DNA of 45,053 nt from Spirogloea muscicola. Lineage: Eukaryota. The translations under genes were made by a program, and so were the position numbers. The notes beneath the pieces are model-generated. The model saw only the letters and a program-made list of their open reading frames with translations, was not told the origin of the DNA and ran no database searches. Location of the stretch: the NCBI GenBank assembly GCA_009602725.1, contig WELB01000009.1, positions 561,028 to 606,080 on the forward strand, written 5' to 3'. Shown here piece by piece: positions 1 to 12,500 of this stretch (the first letter of the stretch is position 1; every line of letters starts with the position of its first letter).

Positions 1-369
1 TCCATGGGGAGCCGGTGGACTTCCCCGCCGCCGGGTCGTTGGCCCAGGTGTATCGCATGCGCCTGGCCGTCTCGCTGCAGAGGTCCATGGCCCGTGCGCT
101 GCACCTGCGTGCTGGCCGAGCCCTTGCTGCTGCCTCTGGCTCTGGCCAGGGGACATACTTCCAGGAGCATAGCCTCTCCGACCTGCGCCTGCTTAGCAGG
201 GGTTACTGAGTGGTTAGTAGCTGCTTTGTTTTTTCTTGTGTGCTTGTCATTTCTGCTGCTTCGCCTTAGGGCTTCGCCCGGCTTCCCCCCCCCCCTTTTC
301 TTGTACTCTGTTCATTCTTTTTTGGGCTGGCTGTTCCAGCCCATATTCTCGATAAGCGAGCCCTTCTTC
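1..369 (+). mobile_element. 3' end of a CRE-like (RLE-type) non-LTR retrotransposon: ORF C-terminus, 3'UTR and terminal hairpin
   Basis: The frame ending at TGA 207-209 reads ..AQVYRMRLAVSLQRSMARALHLRAGRALAAAS..YFQEHSLSDLRLLSRGY*, resembling the RLSVxLQR tail of CRE-clade RLE domains. It is followed by a pyrimidine-rich UTR, hairpin GGGCTGGCTGTTCCAGCCC (324-342) and TTCTTC (364-369). Homologous to 5239-5487 and 44148-44652. Confidence 0.72.
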
Positions 370-557
370 ACTTCCAGGACCCTAGCATCTCTGATCTGCG
401 GCTGCTCAGCAGGAATTACTGAGTCATTCGTAGCTGCTTTGTTTCTTCTTGTGCTTGTTTTTCTTAGCGCTTCCCCTGGCTCCCTTCTCGTACTTTGTCC
501 ATTCTTTTTTGGGCTGGCTGTTGCAGCCCCTATCTTCAATGGGCGAGCTCTTTCTTG
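370..557 (+). mobile_element. Short 5'-truncated copy of the same retroelement 3' end, head-to-tail with the previous copy
   Basis: Starts ACTTCCAGGACCCTAGC (FQDPSISDLRLLSRNY*) directly after the TTCTTC end of the first copy. Has the UTR and hairpin GGGCTGGCTGTTGCAGCCC (511-529). Confidence 0.72.
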
Positions 558-856
558 ATGGCGCAATAAGCAGGGTGCTAGTCTCCAAGACGTGAGCAAG
601 TGGGCTAACACTAACCACTTAGGCACTTGCGATACACCAGCGTGCTGGGCGTGCATTAGCCCAGGCTAATGGCTTCCGTGGTGGTGGTTTGGCTCCTCAG
701 CTTAGCTCGTCAGATATGTATGTGCTCACTCGGGGATATTCAGTGTCCCCCTTTCTTCTTCCTTAGCTCATCACCCCGTAACAGGACAATTGCAAGGCTA
801 GAATTGGCCTTCCTTTCAATGTCATGCGCACCGCGCGCCTTCTCCAATTTACACCA

Positions 857-963
857 GTCGGTCGGTCGCTCATTGGCCTAGACTGGGCCTTCAATTGGCA
901 AAGTTTTCACCCCGGGCGTCCATACAACACGCGACACGTACCCTCCGGCCATGACCGACCGAC
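857..963. repeat. Dispersed fold-back element, copy 1 (MITE-like or structured ncRNA)
   Basis: Arms GTCGGTCGGTC (857-867) and GACCGACCGAC (953-963). Core TTGGCAAAGTTTTCACCCCGGGCGTCCATACAACACGCGACACGTACCC is shared with 34966-35096. Confidence 0.65.
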
Positions 964-1086
964 CAAGGGTCAGTAAGTGAGCCTGCTCAGATTTCCTGCT
1001 CCTAGGGTTGGGCCCGGGGGGTTTTGAGGGCGATCTAGGCCAAACCCCTTGCCGCCCCCCGGGCCGCGCGCGGCGAGGGCGCCGCC

Positions 1087-2819
<1,733 letters not shown>

Positions 2820-4309
2820 AGTCGCCCCTGCCAATCCACATAGATGAATTACGCCTTGTCAGTCTCGCCAAATCCTTGGACAGTTGGGCATGGGAGACAC
2901 AGTCCACATTCTTTGTCCTCCTTCATTAAACAAGGAGTGATTACTTGCTGCACCTTCATGGGCGGGCCTTGCAAATGCGAGAGCTGCACCTGGATGCTTG
3001 ACCAGCTGTCGCTGTGGAGCTCGGGTGCTCATATAGCACAACAAAGGTAAATTAAGCTCCACACATATCACATTTTGGTGTGTCAGGTTATCACTCATTC
3101 ACCCCATGCTGCAGAGTTCAACGCTATGCCTTTGCAAAGTGCCTGGATCTGCATTTGGAGGTGGAATGGCGATTGTTACTATGATCTTACGGATTATTTA
3201 CAGCTGTAAACGATCACAATATAGGGAAGTCTTCTGCTTTCAAGCACGGCCCTAAACTTCAGTGAGGGCAGCAAAAGGTGGCTTGCTTCATGCAGTAGAC
3301 ACATTGTAGCAACACCGCCCCACGCCTCTCTAATCTGGCAGTCAGTAACATATTTGTCTAGACACACTCGAATATAGGACAATGGTGGAAACACTTGCTG
3401 TGGTGAATGCCATGATATGGTGGATACTGGGATTGGGCTGAGGAACTACTCTACTCTACTCAACTCAGTGGCCCTTGGGAGCGCACTCTGTGGAAATGGG
3501 TGCACCAAGAAGCCGAGGCGAACTTGCCTGCTCCAGTGCGTCCTAGCTATGGCTGCCACCCACCTTGGGTTCTTAGCTGAGCTTGTGTTAGTCTGATCTA
3601 TGTCTGCCGCCGTGAGCGGACCTCCGCTATGCCACCGAGATAGGAGAGGTCTGCAGGAGTGGAACATACACTCTGCTGAGAAATTTGAGTTAAGAAACCA
3701 AAAGCTGCGGCTATTGTAATTAGCCGGAACATCAAGGTTTGCTGGTTCCGGAACACCAAGAAGCCGACGGTGCAGCAACGAGCACGGCTGGGACGCCTGT
3801 TACAGGGGTCAGACCTCCAATGCTTCCAGTTTGATTTGAGGAACGTAGGAGTACGGCAGTAGTACGAGGGACTTCTCTTACTCTCCTTCTTTAGAGTGAG
3901 CTGTGGGCTATGTGTGCTTGTGCTCTAAGACAGAAGCGCCTTGAGACATCTGCTGAGTCCAAGTACGGGGCTTTTCGACTGTTCTTTTGGATAACACTGC
4001 AGATGAGCCGTGAGTAGGCCTTCTCAGTGGGTACAAAAAATGGGTTCTGTGCAGGAGTCAGCATGGGGGCTTGACCACTGACTCTCTAAAGCTGGAAGAT
4101 TATTCCTGACTCCTTGCAGCTACTGACATCCACTACCAGCCATCTTACGTGTTGTGGTGGAGTGACAGGCCAGTCCGTGACACGCAGCGTCAGCTCGACC
4201 AATGTCTGCCTGCAGTCTTGCAGGTCTGCAGCAAGCACGTAACTACGTCAACCATAGCCCTTCGTGCCCCCCAAGGCAAGGTATTGCACATGCTGGCGGC
4301 AAGCATAAG

Positions 4310-4515
4310 CACCGCCGAGCCGGTCGCGCCCTAGCAGCAGCCTCTGGCTTGCGCAGCGGGGTTGCTCTTCCTCCCCTCAGCTCATCTGACTTCCTAAGCT
4401 GACACGAGGGTACTACCCTGTCTGCCTAGCCCGTGGTCCGTCATAAACACCTATATGCATCTGGCTGGCTTTTTCCAGCCGCTCCTTCAATATCAGCAGC
4501 GCCGCATTCTTCTCG
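4310..4515 (+). mobile_element. Degenerate CRE-like 3' end remnant
   Basis: RRAGRALAAASGLRSGVALPPLSSSDFL matches the family C-terminus. It is followed by hairpin GGCTGGCTTTTTCCAGCC and a ..TTCTTC end. Confidence 0.55.
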
Positions 4516-4719
4516 TAAGCAGAGTACTTATCTTGGCTGCTCTGTATACAGTGGGTCTCCATGGGTGAGTGGGAGAAGGTCAGTTGGCTAGATCAGGCAG
4601 CACGTCACTTGAGGCGTAGCGGCAGAGTAGTCGCCGGTGGCTCGAACTTGCGCCTCCGCTGCTCAGGTGCAGCGTTGCCCGAGCTGTTCCGGCTGGGCTG
4701 GGCGCCGTGGCTTGGGGGG

Positions 4720-4900
4720 AAAGAAACAGCTTTTCTTCTAATTGAGGTCAATGGCTGTGAGAGGCCAGTTCAAAGGAGATGGAACAAGGTTTGAGACTGC
4801 CGGAAAGCGCAAGATACTACGCTCCGTGAAAGTGCGAATGGACGCTCAGTGACCTCTTTTAAGTAATTGGAGATTGGAATAACTTGGGGTAGGACCAGGA
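4720..4900 (-). mobile_element. Degenerate CRE-like 3' end remnant (second subfamily)
   Basis: Minus strand reads ..ISQLLKRGH*, then UTR and CTGGCCTCTCACAGCCATTG. Similar to 43620-43805. Confidence 0.5.
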
Positions 4901-5184
4901 GCTCCATGGCGGGCCCCAGAGGCCGAGCTCTGAATCATACTACCATCGCCTCCGTGGCTTGTGGATGGACGAGGGGGCTGCATGGCGGGCTTTCATGGCC
5001 GCCATGAAAAGGGGGGGATATCACCGAGTCCCACCTCCGTCAAGCGAAGGTCGTTCAGCCCGACTCTCCCACGAGTCATCCGCACGTACCGGCACGTGTC
5101 TCGGCGGCTTCTTGCGCGTGTGGCCAGGCCGCGGCCCCAGGCGCGGCCGCGGTCGTACGGAGAGATGGAGGCCACAACAAAGAG

Positions 5185-5487
5185 CTCAGTAACCCCTGCT
5201 AAGCAGCCGCAAATCAGAGAGGCTAGGGTCCTGGAAGTGGGTCGAAGGCCGCTCGCTGCAAGGCGGCCAAGCACTCCGATCACCCACCTGCCGACGAGTT
5301 CGTCCCCTTGGCGGTGGACGTGCACGGGGCTCTTCGGTCCCAGTGGCTTGACCTATTGGCTAGGCTTGCGCGGCGGGCTGTGTCCCGCAGACGCGGCGAG
5401 CCAGCCGACTTCAACGCCGCGGGCTCGTGGGCTCAGGTATATCGGATGCGCCTCTCTGTATCCCTGCAGCGGTCCATGGCCCACGCT
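5185..5487 (+). mobile_element. Rearranged CRE-like fragment: inverted ORF end (5185-5238, minus) fused to an RLE segment (5239-5487, plus), running into a gap
   Basis: Plus frame from 5239 reads GSKAARCKAAKHSDHPPADEFVPLAVDVHGALRSQWLDLLARLARRA..YRMRLSVSLQRSMAHA (KxxK and FxPxAV-x-x-xG, RLE-like). Near-identical to the reverse complement of 44404-44706. Confidence 0.75.
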
Positions 5488-5489
5488 TT

Positions 5490-6034
5490 NNNNNNNNNNN
5501 NNNNNNNNNNNNNNNNNNNNNNNNNNNNNNNNNNNNNNNNNNNNNNNNNNNNNNNNNNNNNNNNNNNNNNNNNNNNNNNNNNNNNNNNNNNNNNNNNNNN
5601 NNNNNNNNNNNNNNNNNNNNNNNNNNNNNNNNNNNNNNNNNNNNNNNNNNNNNNNNNNNNNNNNNNNNNNNNNNNNNNNNNNNNNNNNNNNNNNNNNNNN
5701 NNNNNNNNNNNNNNNNNNNNNNNNNNNNNNNNNNNNNNNNNNNNNNNNNNNNNNNNNNNNNNNNNNNNNNNNNNNNNNNNNNNNNNNNNNNNNNNNNNNN
5801 NNNNNNNNNNNNNNNNNNNNNNNNNNNNNNNNNNNNNNNNNNNNNNNNNNNNNNNNNNNNNNNNNNNNNNNNNNNNNNNNNNNNNNNNNNNNNNNNNNNN
5901 NNNNNNNNNNNNNNNNNNNNNNNNNNNNNNNNNNNNNNNNNNNNNNNNNNNNNNNNNNNNNNNNNNNNNNNNNNNNNNNNNNNNNNNNNNNNNNNNNNNN
6001 NNNNNNNNNNNNNNNNNNNNNNNNNNNNNNNNNN
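5490..6034. other. Assembly gap (N run)
   Basis: Run of n. Confidence 1.
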
Positions 6035-6280
6035 CCCTTTCTCTCTCTCGCTCTCTCTCCGCCTCTCCCTCCCTCTCTCCCTCTTATCTGCTGTTTGTGT
6101 GCGCGCGCATGCAGGCGTGTGCGTGAGAGTGTGTATGTATGTGTGTGTGTGTGTGTGTGTGAGAGAAAGAAAGCGGCTGCTGATATGAAAGAATCGGCTG
6201 TGAAATGCCAGCCAGAGAGAGACTACGAGAGAGGAAAGTAGAGAGTGGGGGGGGGTGGGGAGAGGAAGAGAGAAGCTCCA
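6035..6280. repeat. Compound microsatellite (CT)n/(GT)n/(GA)n
   Basis: ctctctctc, gtgtgtgtgtgt and gagaga tracts next to the gap. Confidence 0.85.
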
Positions 6281-6517
6281 GTACTCTCTCCCTCCTCCCA
6301 TAGCGCCTCCGCGAGCTGGCCCAGCCTGAGCTGCTGGAGCCTCCCGGCCGACGTGATCAGCTGGCCTCAGCGGCAGCCCAACCTCGCTTTCAGCATCCCC
6401 GCTCGCCATTCTGCCACCACCGCGCTCGGCTGCAGCGCTCGCCGCCGACGCCGTCGTCGTTCCGCGGCTAAGGGCCTCATGAAGGCGTGAAGTACGCGGG
6501 CCTTCAGGAGCGAGACG

Positions 6518-9500
6518 ATGCGAGGCGCGCCCAGCGCGCACCCGCGCGCGGCCGCTGCGCACCTCTTCAAGCTGCCTCACGCAGCGCTCTACGCTCTCGC
6601 CACGCTTGGCGCCGCGTTGGGCGCCACTGCGCTACCGCTGCATGCAGCTGCCGGTACGTGCTTCTTGATCACGCAGGGCTAGTGATTGTTGAAAGCAGGA
6701 TATGCAGTGAGTGCTGCAAGCGAGCTGTGATCTTCGACGATATTCCGAAGTCGAAGCGAGCCACCACGCCAGAGCCAGTATTTGATGCGTGCTGCTACCC
6801 AAGCTTACAATGTTAGCTCCGCTTTGCAAGCTACTCAAGACACACTTGCAGCTGTCATATTGTCCTTGACACTTCAAGGACCAGCATGAAGAACAATCGA
6901 ACCTGCTCGATTGGGCCTTCATATTTCCTGTTGAAACATGTAGATGCTGAGGAGATATTAAGGCATCAATTCTCCATTTCAAATTATTAGACTGTGCGAT
7001 GCAGGTGTCCTTCAACATTATCATCATGTACCAAGGAGTGCAGGCTCTCACAGGCAACTTACTAAGCACCGCGGAGTAGACCTGTATTCCAGCATTCTCT
7101 CTAGGAACGTAACTGTTGACTTCCGAGTGGCCGGCAAAGGTGAGAAGCTAGCATATAGATATTCGGTCCATGCAACCGCACGCGGATTGCGCATGTGCAT
7201 ATATATCTGGTCAATGTGCATCTAGTCAGATATATCAAGCTCAGCGCCTCTACCTTATTCTCTAACAAAAGCTACTTCTATAGGAGCGTATGTCTATATT
7301 TGATTTGAGATCCTTGCCACAAGAGACTGATATATTATTAAGCACCGGTTGTCAGGCCAGCTTGACTAAGTCATGAATGCCTTCGTCCTTGCAGAAGTCG
7401 AGGCTAGAACAGCCTTCGTTTGGTGCAGTGACGAGGCTTGTCTTCAGGACAAGATTGCATCTGATCGATCAGCCAGTGTCTACCTGGACAAGGACATATT
7501 GCTCACTGCTCCACTGCCAGAGGTTCAACATAGCTTTACAATTGTCGGAGCCTGTGACAGTGGCCCTTGCAAGATTGACGGCGACAACAAGTTCCAGGTT
7601 AGGCTGTTTCCACGATCTTTACACATCTTCGACAGCCGTGTGCACCTTATGTGCTTGTTTACACAGAGGTCTTACATGTATTGACCTTCTCCAGCTGATT
7701 GCATGCCGTCAAAGATGGTCAACCTCCTCTAACTACCTGTGTCTGCATATCACAGATATTTCATGTCTTAGCAGCCGCAAGCTTGTCTCTTCAGAGTATT
7801 ACCCTCATCAATGGCGTGGCCACAGACTATCCAGCAACAACAGTAAGCTTCTCTCGTCTCTTGACCCCAATTGAGCTATGGCTTTCTACTCGCATGATTG
7901 CATCCAAATTGTCTTGCGTACTTTCTTGCACTGTCTGTGTTCCTGCGCAACCTCCTGATGAGCATATACTTGACAGGAAGGTGGAGCTGTATATGTAGCT
8001 GCATCGCTACCATTTGTGATGAAGACGAAGTTCTCAGCCATAGCAGTCAACTTTATCCACAATACTGCTATAGTGGCAGGAGGGGCGGTCTACATTGGTG
8101 CTGGATCAATGGCATACTTTAAAGACGTCTCATTTGCTAACAATCTTGGCAATGTAACTATGCGAGTCCTCTATGCTTGCTCACATCTTATTATTACCGA
8201 GCTAAATGCTTAGGCATTGACGGCTGTCATGCATGCTTTTCGCTGGACGATTCCCTTCTGAATACACGTGAATTTGACCTTGTAGCTTCGAAGACAAAGT
8301 TGCTGCTGTGCAGTGATCTCACCAACTCCGGCAACGCTTTCTTTGATCAATAGTCCGTCTGCGGTCCCACAAGCCACTGTAACGCCATGATTGCTGATGA
8401 GCATCTGATGTTCCTACTGCCAGCCCCCAGCTGGTGGTTATGCTTTCGGAGGAGCGATCTATCTTGGTTCAGCTAATGCTCAAACATCAACAGGCGGCAC
8501 GGGCCTGGACAGTTGCTCGACCTTTCAGAATGTATCTTTTGTGCACAATGTTGCCTGCTTTGGAGGAGGAATCTTTGCTGATGATGCCTCGCCCGACCTT
8601 GAGATGGTAAGAAGCTATCGAAAGGCCGTCACCCTCTTGTATGATTTATCAAGGAAAGGGGTTTATCCTCTCTAAGCATGTTACACGCGTCCCACAACAC
8701 CCTCAAGTTGAAAAGGAATTACTCACATGATGTACTGCTTCTCCATTACTTAGACATGTACCTTGCTGTCCAGAACGGAGGAAGTAGACTGGATTGCTAC
8801 GATTGCACCTTCTCAGATAATGTGGCACGCGAAGAGGGAGGTGCAGTGCATTTGGCTGCTCAAGGTGGTGGTGCACTTGCACATTTTTACACATCTGCAT
8901 TCAATCACAACAGTGCAGGGGTAAGTTGGCCGTCCCAATCACAAGGGCAGCTGCGCACTGACTCTGCAGAAGTAGCTGTACAGATACACACGGTAAAATT
9001 GATTGTTTGCTTTTCGTAGAACTCAAAGCCAGCAGCAAAATTTTTACCTCCTCTGTCGCAGATATCCGGTGGAGCTATCAGCAGTGAGGCATCAGTTGGT
9101 GAAACGTCGGGAGTGCAAGCATCTTGGTTGGATTCTTCGTTCCAAATGAACACAGCCCCAGTAAGTGGAGCATTTCTGCAGCCAACATGCAGACGAGTCT
9201 GCAGCTGCGTGCAGATTGATCAGAATGTAATTTCTAATGAGACGAAGTTATTGAAGTAAAGCGGTGGTCAAGAGACCATACTAATCGGGCATGTGAATTA
9301 CACAGGCTGGGATGGCGATGAAGGTGGACAATAATGCCAACTTTGTGATAGTGAGGACTGAGTTTGTATCGACAGCGTCGCAAGCCTCCACAGCCGAGGA
9401 AGTCCTCTGTGATGGCAACTGCAGCTTCTGCCCGACAGAGCTGAAGGCGCCACAAATCCAGGGCTCAGGAACGATAACAACTCTGTGTAAGTCCAGCTCT

Positions 9501-12500
9501 TGAGAGTCTGCTGCATGGGCATCAGACTGACTCAGCATCTCATTACCATGCACCATGAATCCTGCACCATGAATTTTAACTTCAACCATTGCTTGGTACT
9601 GCAGCAAGTTGTCCGACTGAGCAGGCCAAGTGCGTGTGTTGCTATACACCACCGAGCTGCGACAACCCACCTCATCCTCCAAGCAGCCCTGGTGACCTCC
9701 CTCCTCCAAGTCCACCATCTCAGTCACCGCCATCGTATCCACCACCTCCACCCTCTTCCCCTCCCCCTCCCCCTCCACCACCACCACCACCTCTATCACC
9801 TCCTCCTGAGTCCCCCTCTCCACCACCCTTCAGTCCTCCTCCGCCACCTCCATCACCTCCGCCCCACTCCCCACCCCCACATCATCCTCCACCATCACCT
9901 CCTCCTGAGTTCCCATCTCCACCACCCTTCAGTCCTCCTCCGCCGACTCCACCACCTCCGAGTCCTCCTCCACCTCCATCACCTCCACCACCCTCCCCAC
10001 CTCCACCACCTCCGCCTCAACCATCTCCTCCTGCGTACCCCTCTCCACCACCCTTCAGTCCTCCTCCGCCACCTCCATCACCTCCGCCCCACTCCCCACC
10101 CCCACATCATCCTCCACCATCACCTCCTCCTGAGTTCCCATCTCCACCACCCTTCAGTCCTCCTCTGCCTACTCCACCACCTCCGAGTCCTCCTCCACCT
10201 CCATCACCTCCACCCTCCTTCCCATCTCCACCACCTCCGCCTCCACCTTCTCCTCCTGAGTCCCCCTCCCCACCACCCTTCAGTCGTCCTCCGCCACCTC
10301 CATCACCTCCGCCCCATTCCCCACCTCCACATCATCCTCCACCATCACCTCCTCCTGAGTTCCCATCTCCACCACCCTTCAGTCCTCCTCCGCCTACTCC
10401 ACCACCTCCGAGTCCTCCTCCACCTCCATCACCTCCACCCTCCTTCCCATCTCCACCACCTCCACCTCCACCATCTCCTCCTGCGTACCCCCATCCACCA
10501 CCCTTCCGTCCTCCGCCGCCACCTCCATCACCTCCTCCTCCATCACCTCCTCCTGCGTTCCCCTCTCCACCGCCCTTCAGTCCTCCTCCGCCACCTCCAT
10601 CACCTCCGCCCTCCTTCCCACCCCCACCACCAACTTCACCACCACCTCCTCCTGCATACCCCACTCCACCGCCTCCAAGCGCTTCTCCGCAAAGTCCATC
10701 ACCCTCGCCCCCCGCCCCACCTCATCAACCTCCTCATCATCCTCCACCATCTCCTCCTCCGCCCCCCTCTCTACCACCTCCAAGTCCTCCTCCGCCCCCT
10801 TCACCACCTCCAAATCCTCCTCCACCTCCACCACCTCCACCACCCTTCCCTTCTCAACCACCTCCGCCTCCACCGTTTCCTCCTGCGTCCCCCTCTCCAC
10901 CACCCTTCAGTCCTCCTCCGCCACCTCCATCACCTCCTGCTCCACTGCCACCTTCACCACCTCCAACCTCCAGTCCTCCACCGCCGGCTCAGCCCCCACC
11001 TCAACCTCCACCCCCAACACCTCCTAGCTCTCACAAACGACCACACCCCCCACCTCAGTCAGTGCCATCACCTCCACTCTCCCCCCCTCCCCCTCACAGT
11101 CCTCCGGCTGGCCCCCCACCTCAACCACCTCTTCCTCCACCACCCCCTCCAGCGTCCCCCTCACCACCACCTCCAAGTCCACCTCAGCCACATCCATCAC
11201 CTCCGCCCTCCTCCCCACCTCCTCCTCCATTGCCACCTCCACCACCTCCACCACCTCCACCACCTCCAATGTTCAGCCCTCCCCCTCCAGCTAAACCCCC
11301 ACTTCAACCTCCACCTCCACCACCTCTAAGCTCTCACGAACTCCCACACCCACCTCAATCAGTGCCATCACCTCCATTGTCCTCCCCTCCCCCTCACAGT
11401 CCTCCGGCTGGCCCCCCACCTCAACCACCTCCTCCTCCACCAAACCCTCCTGCGTACCCCTCTCCACCACCTCCACCACCTCCAAATCCTCCTCCATCAC
11501 CTCTGCCCTCCTCCCCACCTCCTCCAATGCCACCTCCACCACCTCAGCCCTCCAGTCCTCCTCCTCCCAGTCCTCCTGCCAAGCCCCCAGCTCAACCTCC
11601 ACCTCCACCACCTCCTAGCTCTCACAAACCACCACATCCACCTCAGTCAGTGCCATCACCTCCAGTCTCTCCCCCTCCTCCTCACAGTCCTCCAGCTGGC
11701 CCCCCGCCTCAACCACCTTCCCCTCCACCAGCCCCGCCTGCGTCCCCCTCACCACCACCTCCAAGTCCCCCTCAGCCACCTCCATCACCTCCGCCCTCCT
11801 CCTCGCCTCCTCCTCCACTGCTACCTCCATCACCTCCAACCTCCAGTCCTCCCCCGCCGGCTAAGCCCCCACCTCAACCTCTACCCCCAACACCTCCCAG
11901 CTCTCACGAACGACCACACCCACCTCAGTCAGTGCCATTACCTCCAGTCTCTCCCCCTCCTCCTCACAGTCCGCCAGCTGGGCCCCCAACCCAACCTCCT
12001 CCTCCTCCACCAACACCCCCATCGTCCACCTCTTCACCACCTTTGAGTCCTTCACAGCCACCTCCATCACCTCCGTCCAATCCACCTTCTCCTGCACTGC
12101 CACCTCCACCACCTCCAACGTTCAGTCCTTCCCCTCCAGCTGAGCCCCCACCTCAACCTCCACCTCCACCACCTCCAAGCTCTCACAATGCCCCACACCC
12201 ACCTCAATCACCTCCTCCACCAACCCCTCCTGCGTACCCCTCTCCACCACCTCCAACTCCTCCTCAGACACCTACATCACCTTCGCCCTCCTCCCCACCT
12301 CCTCCATTGCCACCTCCATCACCTCAGCCCTCCAGTCCTCCTCCTCCCAGTCCTGCTGCCAAGCCCCCACCTCAACCTCCACTTCCACCACCTCACGATT
12401 TGCCACACCCGCCTAAGTCAGTGCCATCACCTCCAATCTCCTCCCCTCCCCTTCACAGTCCTCCGGCTGGGCCCCCACCTCAACCACCTCCCCTCCCACC

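Noticed and set aside
857..963. Known ribozyme, riboswitch, snRNA or tRNA identity for the fold-back element
   Set aside because: I could not find hammerhead, HDV, TPP, Sm-site, C/D box or cloverleaf signatures on either strand, so it is left unassigned.
2820..4300. Short ORFs downstream of ADK (e.g. 3446-3778)
   Set aside because: No recognisable motifs or consistent splice structure; treated as UTR/intergenic.
9500..11329. 609-aa His/Leu-rich ORF and many Gly/Glu/Val-rich antisense ORFs
   Set aside because: Shadow frames of the CCN-rich extensin exon, which rarely contain stop codons.
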